Virus record (IMG/VR): IMGVR_UViG_3300046692_000091
Coordinates: 1-64,000 of that record
Reading direction: 5' to 3' (one strand)
Length of the DNA stretch: 64,000 bases
The position numbers were made by a program, and so were the translations under genes. Positions 18,250 through 27,305 of the stretch are shown here, piece after piece. The number at the start of each line of letters is the position of its first letter. Within the stretch, counting starts at the first letter, position 1. Below the pieces are notes generated by a model, which did not search any database, was not told the origin of the DNA, and saw nothing but the letters and a program-made list of their open reading frames with translations.

Positions 18250-18540
18250 ATGAAACTCCCAACTTCCCGAGACGTAGTCGGTATGTTAGTTAGAGAACAA
18301 ATCGAAGCCTTCGAAAAAGAAATGAACCAGCAGATGCACACAGCTGGATCAGCAGCATGTAATTCTCGTACTGAACCAGAAGGGAAGAATCGTCGTTACT
18401 GGAACATCGGTGTTAATGGCAAAATCAATGTCACGACCTTTCTACACATTCGGGACGAACTACGTAAAGTAGGTTGGCAAGTCCTGGAATTGGTCGATCA
18501 TGGCGCTGATCGCTACTCATTCAGAATCGCAGTATTGTGA
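18250..18540 (+). CDS. 'YW..G..EL..GW' family protein
   Basis: Start reassigned to MKLPTS; RYWNIGVNG...IRDELRKVGW. Confidence 0.65.
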   Translation: MKLPTSRDVVGMLVREQIEAFEKEMNQQMHTAGSAACNSRTEPEGKNRRYWNIGVNGKINVTTFLHIRDELRKVGWQVLELVDHGADRYSFRIAVL

Positions 18541-18574
18541 CATAACGCCTCTCCTTCGGGAGAGGCTTTTATTT
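18541..18574 (+). terminator. CATAA-family terminator
   Basis: CATAAC-GCCTCTCC-TTCG-GGAGAGGC-TTTTATTT. Confidence 0.8.
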
Positions 18575-18594
18575 CGTGTTTTGGATTTGGATTC

Positions 18595-18630
18595 AACTTT
18601 GTTTTAGCACTATATTACTAACTTGAATAT
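18595..18630 (+). promoter_or_regulatory. Early promoter
   Basis: CTATATTACTAACTTGAAT; core at 18611-18618. Confidence 0.8.
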
Positions 18631-18645
18631 ACTAGGAGCAACACC

Positions 18646-19359
18646 ATGTCTAACCTTATCCGCGTTTATATTCGCAATACCCGTACCTCCACTGTTTACT
18701 ATCTCGTATTAGTAGGCGGGAAATGCGAATGGCGCGAGAAACACACCATGATCGATGCGGTCCGTGAAGCTATGTGGTTTGACCGCGGTAGCGAAACGTT
18801 CACCAATATGTACAAGGAAGTCGCAGATTTCATCAAAGCCTCGCCAGATCTGGCGAAGTACGTTGAAGTAATTGTCGAAGATAACAACCATGGTACTTTC
18901 TATCGCGGTGACCTCCAAGGGCTCATCAACCTCGAAACCACTTCCACTCACATCGCTGATGCAATGGCGAATATCCCTGCAGAACCTGCTGTTGAAAAAG
19001 TTCAGGTGGTAACACCCGAACCGGTCGAACCAGTGGAGATCCAACCCCCGAGACATATTGTCTCAACCGCTCAAGTTCTCGACGTTGCTAACGAAGAGAT
19101 CATCGATGAGTTCTGTGAAGAGTTCAACGATAAAATGTCCAAAGGTCAATGGGTCTTAGACCACGCGATTTATGGGTCAGGCGGTAAACAATATTGGAAG
19201 TTTACCTACCCAGGTACTTTCAATGCCCGTACCATTGAAGCAATCGAGAACATCCTGAAGGAAGGCGGATGGCACATTATGGACGTTACCCATGGGGAAA
19301 GCAAGGGTGCGTTTATTGATGGTCCATTTACCTGCCTGGATGTAGGACGAGCCGCTTAA
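18646..19359 (+). CDS. Two-domain protein: N-domain, Pro/Glu linker, C-terminal 'YW..G..EL..GW' domain
   Basis: 237 aa, AGGAG RBS. Confidence 0.75.
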   Translation: MSNLIRVYIRNTRTSTVYYLVLVGGKCEWREKHTMIDAVREAMWFDRGSETFTNMYKEVADFIKASPDLAKYVEVIVEDNNHGTFYRGDLQGLINLETTSTHIADAMANIPAEPAVEKVQVVTPEPVEPVEIQPPRHIVSTAQVLDVANEEIIDEFCEEFNDKMSKGQWVLDHAIYGSGGKQYWKFTYPGTFNARTIEAIENILKEGGWHIMDVTHGESKGAFIDGPFTCLDVGRAA

Positions 19360-19373
19360 CAAGGAGGTGCAAT

Positions 19374-19595
19374 ATGTCTGAAGCTATTGAACTGATGAAA
19401 ACCGTAGGTGATCATCATTACATTGCAGCAGATAGCTCTATCGTAGCAGCTAGGGAGTATGGGTTGTCCACAACAGGCAATCCATTAAAAGGTGCTTGGG
19501 TGTTGCGTGAGTTGAACACCGGCAAGTACCTGGATCATGACTACAACCGACATGATCTATTCGAAAGAAATAAAATCAAAATACTGGAGCTTTAA
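19374..19595 (+). CDS. Hypothetical protein
   Basis: 73 aa, AGGAGG RBS. Confidence 0.75.
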   Translation: MSEAIELMKTVGDHHYIAADSSIVAAREYGLSTTGNPLKGAWVLRELNTGKYLDHDYNRHDLFERNKIKILEL

Positions 19596-19597
19596 GC

Positions 19598-19978
19598 ATG
19601 TGTCGTAGATTGGGGCGGAAACATCTGGAATATACAGATCGCAGGAAAAATCTGTATATTCCCAACAAGGACGTTGGACGTGTCTCAACGGATGGGACAT
19701 TGAATGTCGGTGCCAAGCTGGTAATGCAACGTGCCTACAATGGGCGTCGCATTGTTGAACTCTATGGGTTCAATGCGTTGAATGCTTTCACGGATCTTCG
19801 TGATAAGTTCAACGATGGCGAACAGTTCTCTTTGAACTTACGTCAAACACCAGCGAAGAGAGATCGATTGGTACATATCGCATACAGTCATGACCGTGTT
19901 GGTCCTGGCCATTATACGAATGTGCGCCGCGCTGATCACCTCAAACGCAATAACGTAAAAGCAACCGGTCGGGTATAA
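19598..19978 (+). CDS. Basic hypothetical protein (MCRxLG family)
   Basis: 126 aa; paralog of 22397-22756. Confidence 0.7.
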   Translation: MCRRLGRKHLEYTDRRKNLYIPNKDVGRVSTDGTLNVGAKLVMQRAYNGRRIVELYGFNALNAFTDLRDKFNDGEQFSLNLRQTPAKRDRLVHIAYSHDRVGPGHYTNVRRADHLKRNNVKATGRV

Positions 19979-19987
19979 GGAAATATA

Positions 19988-20278
19988 ATGTCACGTGTAA
20001 TTTCTGCTGCACAGGCGCTCGGCCAACTCCGCGACGATCAAGTTGATGAATTTTTCACCGAATTCAATGACTGCATGAAAGATCCACAATGGGTCGATTC
20101 ATGGCGTTGCGGCCTGCCTGATGCAAACTACTGGCGGTTCTCTATGCATGGGGAACACAACGTCGCCACGGAATTAAAAATCCGTAGTGAACTGGAAATA
20201 GCCGGTTGGAAAGTAAACGAAGTGGCGCGCGGGGTAGACCGCAATGCTTATACCTGCTACTGCGTTGCAAAAGCGTAA
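19988..20278 (+). CDS. 'YW..G..EL..GW' family protein
   Basis: 96 aa, TAAGGA RBS. Confidence 0.75.
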   Translation: MSRVISAAQALGQLRDDQVDEFFTEFNDCMKDPQWVDSWRCGLPDANYWRFSMHGEHNVATELKIRSELEIAGWKVNEVARGVDRNAYTCYCVAKA

Positions 20279-20304
20279 GAAACAAAACGACACTGTGTAA
20301 AAAG

Positions 20305-20330
20305 AGGAGCGGTAGAGGATTACCGCTCCT
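20305..20330 (+). terminator. Hairpin (terminator or RNA-stabilising)
   Basis: AGGAGCGGTA-GAGGAT-TACCGCTCCT; no strong U-tract. Confidence 0.45.
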
Positions 20331-20350
20331 TCCACTAATTAAGGAAAATC

Positions 20351-21142
20351 ATGCCGTACGAAAAGATTTATAAAGGTCAACGTGAAACTGGTGTTGTCAA
20401 TACATACGACTACGTTGATGAGAATGGCGAAACATGCTTCATGAACGTACCGGAAAAAGAAGCCCATCACGAAATTGAATGGCGCACACCTTGGCAGCCA
20501 GAGCATGCCCCGGTTGGTTCTGTAGTCCGCTACAGGTCAGCAGCGTCCTTTGATGAAGATGCACCATTAAAAGAAGTGACTGTAACTGGTCACTACTGGA
20601 ATGGCATTAAGTCCTGGGTTATCCTGACGAATGATGTCTGCCCTATCTTGGGCAAAGAAAACAAGTGTAGCTTCAATGGTGATCACTTGCGTGAAATTGT
20701 TTCTCGTGGTAAAGGTGGCATTCAGTTTACGAACAACCTAAACACCGTCGCCCATTACGTGAAGTCGTATAAAGATGAACTGGCCCAGTTGCCAGTATAT
20801 GTGAAGCGGCCACATGAATACGCGGCCTGGAACCATAGAAACATCATTGGTTATGTGTTGACCACACACCCGAAGTTTGCTGGGTTCTTTGATGGCGTGC
20901 ATGAGAACATCTCGGTCAGTGCTCTTACCTGGATGCTAGGTAATATTCCTGGTCTATTCACATTGACACGGTATACAGCTTATACCGGTTATGTGACAGT
21001 GAACAAGAAGAAGCTAATCAAAGCAATGTTGCGTTTGATTGCTCGTGGCCGCTCCAGTAAGATGCTTTCCTGGAAGGCGGAACAAAAGGCAGCACATGAA
21101 GATTACATGCGTGATATGAAATCTTTCTGCGACGACCTGTAA
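20351..21142 (+). CDS. Hypothetical protein
   Basis: 263 aa, TAAGGA RBS. Confidence 0.75.
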   Translation: MPYEKIYKGQRETGVVNTYDYVDENGETCFMNVPEKEAHHEIEWRTPWQPEHAPVGSVVRYRSAASFDEDAPLKEVTVTGHYWNGIKSWVILTNDVCPILGKENKCSFNGDHLREIVSRGKGGIQFTNNLNTVAHYVKSYKDELAQLPVYVKRPHEYAAWNHRNIIGYVLTTHPKFAGFFDGVHENISVSALTWMLGNIPGLFTLTRYTAYTGYVTVNKKKLIKAMLRLIARGRSSKMLSWKAEQKAAHEDYMRDMKSFCDDL

Positions 21143-21201
21143 CCTCGGAACGATTGTTCCTGCTAACTTTTGATTGACTTGATTTGGGGTAACGTTACAA
21201 A

Positions 21202-21540
21202 ATGCGTATTACTAACATGTCCAAGAACTTTTCCCCTCCTGCGCTGGACCTGGTAAATCAACTCATTGATGCTAATGGGATGGTTCCGGTTTATCACAAA
21301 GCTGGTCTGTGTAATCGTTGGGTTGGTGATGGTGTTCGTGAAACACTCGATCCAACTTCTGTGTGCCATGACTTCATGGTACCTGCGGCGTCACTACAAG
21401 CCCGTTTGGGAACTGATGCTGGCGGTGAGTTCATGCATCTTACCTTTCCTGCAGCTTGTGGTAAATGGCACAACATCGTTCGTGCCGAAAATGGTCGCCT
21501 GGTAATGGGTGATCCAAAACTCCCAACCTGGATGTGCTAA
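21202..21540 (+). CDS. Hypothetical protein
   Basis: 112 aa. Confidence 0.6.
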   Translation: MRITNMSKNFSPPALDLVNQLIDANGMVPVYHKAGLCNRWVGDGVRETLDPTSVCHDFMVPAASLQARLGTDAGGEFMHLTFPAACGKWHNIVRAENGRLVMGDPKLPTWMC

Positions 21541-21943
21541 GATGAATACTCAGTTCCACGAAGTTGATATAAAGGTCGTGAACAGTTACCACTCTCCGGA
21601 AGTGATTAACGCGTTCTATGCCTTAATCAAACATCCGACCGGTAAGGTTCGGATTGTCCATCAGTTCTACCCAGAAACGTGCACACGCCACGTAGAGATC
21701 ATGGTTGATGATAAGGTAGCATATACCTGCGTCTTCGACATGATGGGCAATGAGATGGTTCGTGGACTGATTAACTATCAGATCCGTGAAGATCCAGTTC
21801 ATTTGTCTCGCATGGCTCTACGGGATGTGTACAACTTCCTGCAACAAAATGCAATTCACCACTACGAAGCAATCGTAGAACGAGTATCTGCGGACTATCG
21901 TGATGTACACGATACCGACGGTCTCGTCAAAAACATTTCTTAA
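21509..21943 (+). CDS. Hypothetical protein
   Basis: Likely true start at MNTQF (21542). Confidence 0.65.
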   Translation: MIQNSQPGCAKMNTQFHEVDIKVVNSYHSPEVINAFYALIKHPTGKVRIVHQFYPETCTRHVEIMVDDKVAYTCVFDMMGNEMVRGLINYQIREDPVHLSRMALRDVYNFLQQNAIHHYEAIVERVSADYRDVHDTDGLVKNIS

Positions 21944-22382
21944 GGAGCGGTACATGCATCCGGATCTCAGCAGGCTGAAACTGAAGTACTACATCAATCG
22001 ATACGGTGAAATCACCTACGATGAAGCAGTTCAGCTTGCGAAAGAAGCAGAACAAACCGCTACAGACTGTGGTCCAATGGACCCAGCCTTTATTTACTTT
22101 GCGCAACAAGTCCGCGATATGTGGAAGTTTGCCTCAGTTCGCAATGAAACCGAAAATCTGGAACGGAATGATCACCTGGATCGTAAGGTGTTCCTCTGTG
22201 CTTGGACGGATTCCCCATGGGGTAAACCAAAAGTCCAACGTACTGAAGAAATCATTTTTCAGGTACCTCGATACAATCGGGCGCTTTCGGAACAACGGTC
22301 ATACATGGCCCAGGATATTCGAACACGCTTCGATGTATTGGTTTGTACGGATGATATTGAATTCATGGCAGTTGAAGAATAA
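21900..22382 (+). CDS. Hypothetical protein
   Basis: Likely true start MHPDL after TAAGGAG. Confidence 0.65.
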   Translation: MMYTIPTVSSKTFLKERYMHPDLSRLKLKYYINRYGEITYDEAVQLAKEAEQTATDCGPMDPAFIYFAQQVRDMWKFASVRNETENLERNDHLDRKVFLCAWTDSPWGKPKVQRTEEIIFQVPRYNRALSEQRSYMAQDIRTRFDVLVCTDDIEFMAVEE

Positions 22383-22396
22383 GTAAGGAATAAAAC

Positions 22397-22756
22397 ATGT
22401 GCCGTAAATTAGGTAAAGGTCATCCAGACTACGTTTGTCGTAAAGACAATCAATATGCCATTGCTGAAGATGGTGTATCACGTATGCGCCGCATGCACAA
22501 TGGTCGACGCGTTGTTGACCATCACGGCGCAAACGTTTTGAATGCTTATACCGATCTGCGTGATAAGCATTGGTCTTGGCATCCAGAGCTTCCAGATTCT
22601 CATTTGCTAAAACAAAATGCAGCAAAAGCTAAGCAACTCGCCCGGTTGGAGCAGCATACTAACCATGGCATGAGTCGCAACTGGGCTGCCCGACGTGCTC
22701 ACCTGTTCCGTAACAACGTGTGCGTTGTATCATACATGCGTGACAACATCAGCTAA
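22397..22756 (+). CDS. Basic hypothetical protein (MCRxLG family)
   Basis: 119 aa, TAAGGA RBS. Confidence 0.7.
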   Translation: MCRKLGKGHPDYVCRKDNQYAIAEDGVSRMRRMHNGRRVVDHHGANVLNAYTDLRDKHWSWHPELPDSHLLKQNAAKAKQLARLEQHTNHGMSRNWAARRAHLFRNNVCVVSYMRDNIS

Positions 22757-22775
22757 TGCTACTCAAGGAAAGAAG

Positions 22776-23147
22776 TTGAAAAAGATCATCGCAGTGCATC
22801 GTAAACGACATGGGATTTCTTACATCCCAAAACACTACGTGAAAGACCTAGCTGATGGTGTTAATATCATCAGCATTATTTTGGAAGGTGATCGTCGACC
22901 AGCCTTTAAGCCAAATCAGAAAGTACTTGAACTGACTGATTTGGCTTTCGGTTTGAATGGCGAGGATCACATGAACGCGTTGGACTTTCTAGATGAATTG
23001 AATGGGGAAAACCTTTTCATTCATTGTGAGATGGGTATCAAGCGTTCCAAGAACCTGGCGCAGTGGCTACAGTATCAGCGACCACAGTACCGCATTGGTT
23101 GCCATACCACTGACTTTTGTACAGCTCTTCTGATTCGTAAGGATTAA
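22776..23147 (+). CDS. CX5R (PTP/dual-specificity-like) phosphatase
   Basis: LFIHCEMGIKRS P-loop (HCxxGxxRS); probable TTG start after AAGGA. Confidence 0.75.
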   Translation: MKKIIAVHRKRHGISYIPKHYVKDLADGVNIISIILEGDRRPAFKPNQKVLELTDLAFGLNGEDHMNALDFLDELNGENLFIHCEMGIKRSKNLAQWLQYQRPQYRIGCHTTDFCTALLIRKD

Positions 23148-23149
23148 AA

Positions 23150-23614
23150 ATGCGATTTGATATACCTCAGCATGCTATTCCGTCTTTCTTGCGACTAGTT
23201 GAAAAAGATGAACTAGCGAAGCATGTGTGGATGTGGGGACAGTACATGGATTCATTCAGTACCCCATTGTACATTGAAACAGGTGTACCCCTCTACGAAA
23301 CCCAGAGTGCCATGATGCAAGCTGGGTTTACCTCTGACAGCGATGTGATGGAAGCCATGAAATGGAGAATGGCGTTGCTGACAGAAATGTTCGAGGATGG
23401 CATACATGTCCATACTGGCGTTGCTGATCGCCTCTCTGTACGCATGGCCTCCGATTGTTACGTACTCAGCTACGAATCCATTGGGCGTATACGCGACTGG
23501 TGCTGGATCAATCAGAATGCAGACGAACAGTTTCGACTCGATCGTCCATTCGATGTAATGGCTGCATTAGTACGCCGCTTCCCTAATCCGCATGATAATA
23601 CCACCACGGTTTAA
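23150..23614 (+). CDS. Hypothetical protein
   Basis: 154 aa, TAAGGA RBS. Confidence 0.7.
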   Translation: MRFDIPQHAIPSFLRLVEKDELAKHVWMWGQYMDSFSTPLYIETGVPLYETQSAMMQAGFTSDSDVMEAMKWRMALLTEMFEDGIHVHTGVADRLSVRMASDCYVLSYESIGRIRDWCWINQNADEQFRLDRPFDVMAALVRRFPNPHDNTTTV

Positions 23615-23620
23615 TTCCAC

Positions 23621-23902
23621 ATGACTTCCACGTATTCTGAACCAGTTAGCACCGCAGACGTACTGTACATCGAACACTACGGTAATCCGAATTCTTTCGG
23701 TATGTTGGCACAACGTATTACCGACCATTTTGGTCCAGACGTCAAACTCAGTCAGTTTGATATCGAACCAGAACGCCTGCAAGTTCGAGGGTGCATGTGC
23801 TGTAATGACTCCAGTGACTACGAAATCTATTTGGTGATTACCCGCCGCAACGATCTGTGTGAATCAACTGCAGATCAGCTGATGTCCAGCCTTACGATCT
23901 GA
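23621..23902 (+). CDS. Hypothetical protein with CxCC motif
   Basis: 93 aa; GCMCCND. Confidence 0.65.
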   Translation: MTSTYSEPVSTADVLYIEHYGNPNSFGMLAQRITDHFGPDVKLSQFDIEPERLQVRGCMCCNDSSDYEIYLVITRRNDLCESTADQLMSSLTI

Positions 23903-23925
23903 TTTTCTACCCCGAGGGATTACAC

Positions 23926-24498
23926 ATGACTACTCAAGTGACTGATACTGAACTACTGAAAGCTATCTGTGAAGTTGTTTCCGGTTCCCCAACGAATCGG
24001 CTTGCCAGCATCCAGAACATGGTTGACTGCATGAAACGTCACCCAGAAGCATCTGGGACACTCAGTGATGCCATGACGAGTCATTGTGTGGACAATCTCG
24101 AATGGGTGATTATTGGCAAGTGTTCAGATTCCGATCTGACCATGCATGCTGCCAACCTGATCCGTGCTTACTTCTTTGCACATCTGCGCCGTCACGAACT
24201 TGTGTACATTCACAAAGATCGATCGAAGGTTACGGTGAGTATTGCAATGGTGAAAACCAAGCATGAAAATAATATCGCTTTCTATCGGGTATCTTCAGTG
24301 AATCCAGAAGGTGTACCTGGCGAAGAAGAATACTACATGTTCCCTACCTGGAAATTCCAGGCAGGTGTCTCACGTCGTTGCCGGGAAGCCTCCCCAAACA
24401 AGCGTACAGCCTTCGGGTTAGCTTCTCCTCACGATGCAGTAGACGACAACATCCAACCAGTTGAGCCACGCGTAAGACGGGTTGTTGAAGAAGACTAA
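23926..24498 (+). CDS. Hypothetical protein
   Basis: 190 aa, GAGGGA RBS. Confidence 0.7.
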   Translation: MTTQVTDTELLKAICEVVSGSPTNRLASIQNMVDCMKRHPEASGTLSDAMTSHCVDNLEWVIIGKCSDSDLTMHAANLIRAYFFAHLRRHELVYIHKDRSKVTVSIAMVKTKHENNIAFYRVSSVNPEGVPGEEEYYMFPTWKFQAGVSRRCREASPNKRTAFGLASPHDAVDDNIQPVEPRVRRVVEED

Positions 24499-24510
24499 CT
24501 GCAATGACGA

Positions 24511-24544
24511 CATAAAGGGCTACCCACTGAGGTAGCCCTTTCTT
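24511..24544 (+). terminator. CATAA-family terminator
   Basis: CAT-AAAGGGCTACC-CACTGA-GGTAGCCCTTT. Confidence 0.75.
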
Positions 24545-24570
24545 AAAAGATTAACGTTTTGTAAGGATAC

Positions 24571-24804
24571 ATGATGGACGCTAAGTTGATACAACACATC
24601 CGGGAAAACATGCCCCGGTTCAGTCATCACGATACAATTGAAGATCCACCGAACCCACCACGTGGACCTACGGTAGTGGTACGTATCGATGGTCCAGCAC
24701 TGAATATCTACGGGGATGAGACACACCACAAACCATTCCCAGATATCAGTGAGAAGATTCGTGCCGATGGTGCGGTGTTTGCTCTACGGGATATAACGGC
24801 ATAA
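24571..24804 (+). CDS. Hypothetical protein
   Basis: 77 aa, TAAGGA RBS. Confidence 0.65.
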   Translation: MMDAKLIQHIRENMPRFSHHDTIEDPPNPPRGPTVVVRIDGPALNIYGDETHHKPFPDISEKIRADGAVFALRDITA

Positions 24805-24836
24805 AGCTATCCATCAAGGTAGCTACTTATTTAAGG

Positions 24837-25250
24837 ATGAACATGAGCAATTCTAAAGTTACTAGCTTGACTGATGCAATCAAAGGTAGCATGGACGCGA
24901 TGGCTAATACCCATCTGCTGGTAAGCAACTTGTTGAAAGAAACCGACCTGCGTGATGTGAACGAACAGTTCGCTGCAGAGATGGGTAAGTCTTTGCAAGC
25001 GTCGTTGTACGATCTGGAGAAAGTTCACGATAACCAACGGAAAGCAATTGCCCAACTGGCAGCTGTTCTTTACTACAAAGACATGGAACTCAACAAAGGT
25101 TCTAAAGGGGAATGGCGAGAGATCGCTACGGCGCAAAAGCATTACCGTGTGAGTCTGGATGCAATCCGCAGCCTGCGTGAAACCTACGGCATTAACCTGG
25201 TAGAAGCACGCCTGGTAGTAGAAGCGTACAATGCAGGCATGTTTGAATAA
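24837..25250 (+). CDS. Helical protein with C-terminal ribosomal L7/L12-CTD-like motif
   Basis: LDAIRSLRETYGINLVEARLVVE resembles the bL12 motif AIKxVRExTGLGLKEAKxxVE. Confidence 0.5.
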   Translation: MNMSNSKVTSLTDAIKGSMDAMANTHLLVSNLLKETDLRDVNEQFAAEMGKSLQASLYDLEKVHDNQRKAIAQLAAVLYYKDMELNKGSKGEWREIATAQKHYRVSLDAIRSLRETYGINLVEARLVVEAYNAGMFE

Positions 25251-25254
25251 GACA

Positions 25255-25306
25255 ACATAATGGCTACCCTTCGGGGTAGCCGCTATGCCTTATTTTTTTT
25301 TTGTTT
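25255..25306. terminator. Terminator between convergent genes; 47-nt identical copy at 38154
   Basis: ACATAATGGCTACCC-TTCG-GGGTAGCCGCTATGCCTTA-T10. Confidence 0.85.
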
Positions 25307-25766
25307 AATTCGGTTCTCGACCGAGGTGCATCAAGACTTCATGACAAGTATCAAGATCATAGAAGACACGATCATATTCACCTGTGTGAATCTCTAAGTA
25401 ATTCCCTTCGGTATGAGGGAATGGTTTCTGGAAAGCATCAATAACAATACGCTTACTGTAGAACAAATCTTTCAGCAGGATGTCTCTACGCAAAACAATC
25501 TCGGATTCACCGATAGTTGAATGATCCCACTCGATACCTTTAAGGATACTGTGTGCGATCTCCCCTGCTGCGTTTAGAACAGGGATAAGGTTCTGACTAG
25601 CCGTGAACACTACCACACGTGCCGAAAGTCCCATACGAGCTTTATAGACAACATGGTTACGTAAGGCTTCGATCAGGTGATCAATTTGTTTCATTTTGTA
25701 CTCCGGGAATAGGGTAACGGAATAAATTCTCCCCGAAGGGAGAACCATTCCTGCAACCACCACCAA
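25305..25766 (-). CDS. Conserved hypothetical protein downstream of DnaB (phiKZ gp117-like by synteny)
   Basis: 153 aa, co-oriented with the helicase. Confidence 0.6.
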   Translation of the reverse strand: MVVVAGMVLPSGRIYSVTLFPEYKMKQIDHLIEALRNHVVYKARMGLSARVVVFTASQNLIPVLNAAGEIAHSILKGIEWDHSTIGESEIVLRRDILLKDLFYSKRIVIDAFQKPFPHTEGNYLEIHTGEYDRVFYDLDTCHEVLMHLGREPN

Positions 25767-25772
25767 GGTTCG

Positions 25773-27305
25773 TTAGATAGACCAAGCATCGTCACCAGCT
25801 GCACCAGACATTCCTGGGAGCGCACGCATGCTGTAATCTGCTTCTTTGTCGATGTCCCATGGAATTGTTCCCACAGGTGCAAATGGAAGTACACAGTATT
25901 GGTCAGCTTCACCAGTTACAGTGTTCCGATGTTTACCACGCTGAATGGTGAAGTACGATTTGCCTGCTACCTTAACAATGTGGAAAATGAGTTCCAAGTC
26001 TGGTTCCTGACCAAGACGACGGCAACCATCATAGTAACCACGGTTAGCTACAATCTTCACGAAGTCTTCTGTGTTCTCACGCATGAGCTGCAACGCATCA
26101 GATGACAACTGGTGTGGACTGAAGAATGTAATGCCTCGTGGAGCCGTGTAGTTACGCATACGACGGAATAGAAGTCGAATGTCATCACCAGCTACCTTCG
26201 CATCCAAACCTGTCTTCGGCAACATGTTAAGATAGTCAACGCAAAGATATTGGATCTCGTAACCCTGAGCCTGCAAACCATCTAGCCAGTTAGTGAAACC
26301 AGCAATAGTAAAGTCAGTTGGGTCAAAACGAGTAATCAGAACTTTGAAACCAGATTCCTGCAAACGAGCAGAAATGTATTGGGTAGCCATGACCGGATCG
26401 ATCAGTGTTTCATCTACAGCTTCGCCAGTCTCGTTCTCCATCAGATACTTATAAAGGATCAACAAGTTGTCAGACAGTTCGTTCTCTAGTGTTACGAATA
26501 AGCAGAGAGGCTTCTTGTTCTTATCTCGCATGAATGGTTTGTTGAACAAACAAATGTGCGAGAATACAGTCAGAGCAAAACCAGTTTTAAAGTTGTGCTG
26601 CAGACCACCACCTAGAATGAACTCACCACGACGGATAGCGCCCAGTTTACCAAGCATGCGGTTAAGACCTTTCCAACCAGTCTTAAATGCACCTTCAATG
26701 GACATAGTCTCTTTAACAGCTTCGAAGTATCGAGCTACGCCTTCTGGATCATCGAAGTCAACAGTACCGATTTCAGCAGGGTGCTTAGCTTCAGCACGAG
26801 CTTGTACAAATGGATCAAGCTTGGATTGCATCTCACGGATCAGACTGATGCTATTAGTAGAACCAGTAGCATTAAATAGAAGCTTGTGAGAATACTCCTT
26901 CATGATCTGAGAGATCTTCGTATCATTCAAGTGAGCACGCAGAACGTTACGCTTCTCATTGATACGCTGCATGATGGACAAGCCATCAGGGAATACTTCG
27001 TTTACCGCAGCCGCAACTGCTTCAAATAGGTATGACTCTTCACGAGCACAAACTTGAACGTTCTGAAGAACTTCCATGAGGCTCGGGAACTCGGTAGGTG
27101 TCTTGCAGTTAAGATCAACTACTAACCTACGAAGCTCTAAAAATGTTTGACGTCCATGGTCGCTATCGATCGAAGTTTCTTTAACTTGGATCGTTTCGAT
27201 TACGTCAGAAATCAGCTCGGTCGAGGCCGATGCAGGGGAGTCGTCGCGATGCTCTAGGCAGAGCAAAGTGATGCAACTAACTAAAAGTTGTTTATGCGAA
27301 GACAT
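25773..27305 (-). CDS. dnaB: DnaB-like (SF4) replicative helicase (phiKZ gp118-like)
   Basis: TGWKGLNRML, RRGE..LGGGLQHNFKTG (Walker A region), LCVDYLNML (Walker B), SPHQLS, RGKHR; adjacent to capsid gene. Confidence 0.9.
   Translation of the reverse strand: MSSHKQLLVSCITLLCLEHRDDSPASASTELISDVIETIQVKETSIDSDHGRQTFLELRRLVVDLNCKTPTEFPSLMEVLQNVQVCAREESYLFEAVAAAVNEVFPDGLSIMQRINEKRNVLRAHLNDTKISQIMKEYSHKLLFNATGSTNSISLIREMQSKLDPFVQARAEAKHPAEIGTVDFDDPEGVARYFEAVKETMSIEGAFKTGWKGLNRMLGKLGAIRRGEFILGGGLQHNFKTGFALTVFSHICLFNKPFMRDKNKKPLCLFVTLENELSDNLLILYKYLMENETGEAVDETLIDPVMATQYISARLQESGFKVLITRFDPTDFTIAGFTNWLDGLQAQGYEIQYLCVDYLNMLPKTGLDAKVAGDDIRLLFRRMRNYTAPRGITFFSPHQLSSDALQLMRENTEDFVKIVANRGYYDGCRRLGQEPDLELIFHIVKVAGKSYFTIQRGKHRNTVTGEADQYCVLPFAPVGTIPWDIDKEADYSMRALPGMSGAAGDDAWSI

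Noticed and set aside
26570-26620. DnaB pseudogene because of the atypical Walker A (GGGLQHNFKT)
   Set aside because: The ORF is intact with all other SF4 motifs, and a divergent Walker A is, as recalled, typical of phiKZ-like helicases.
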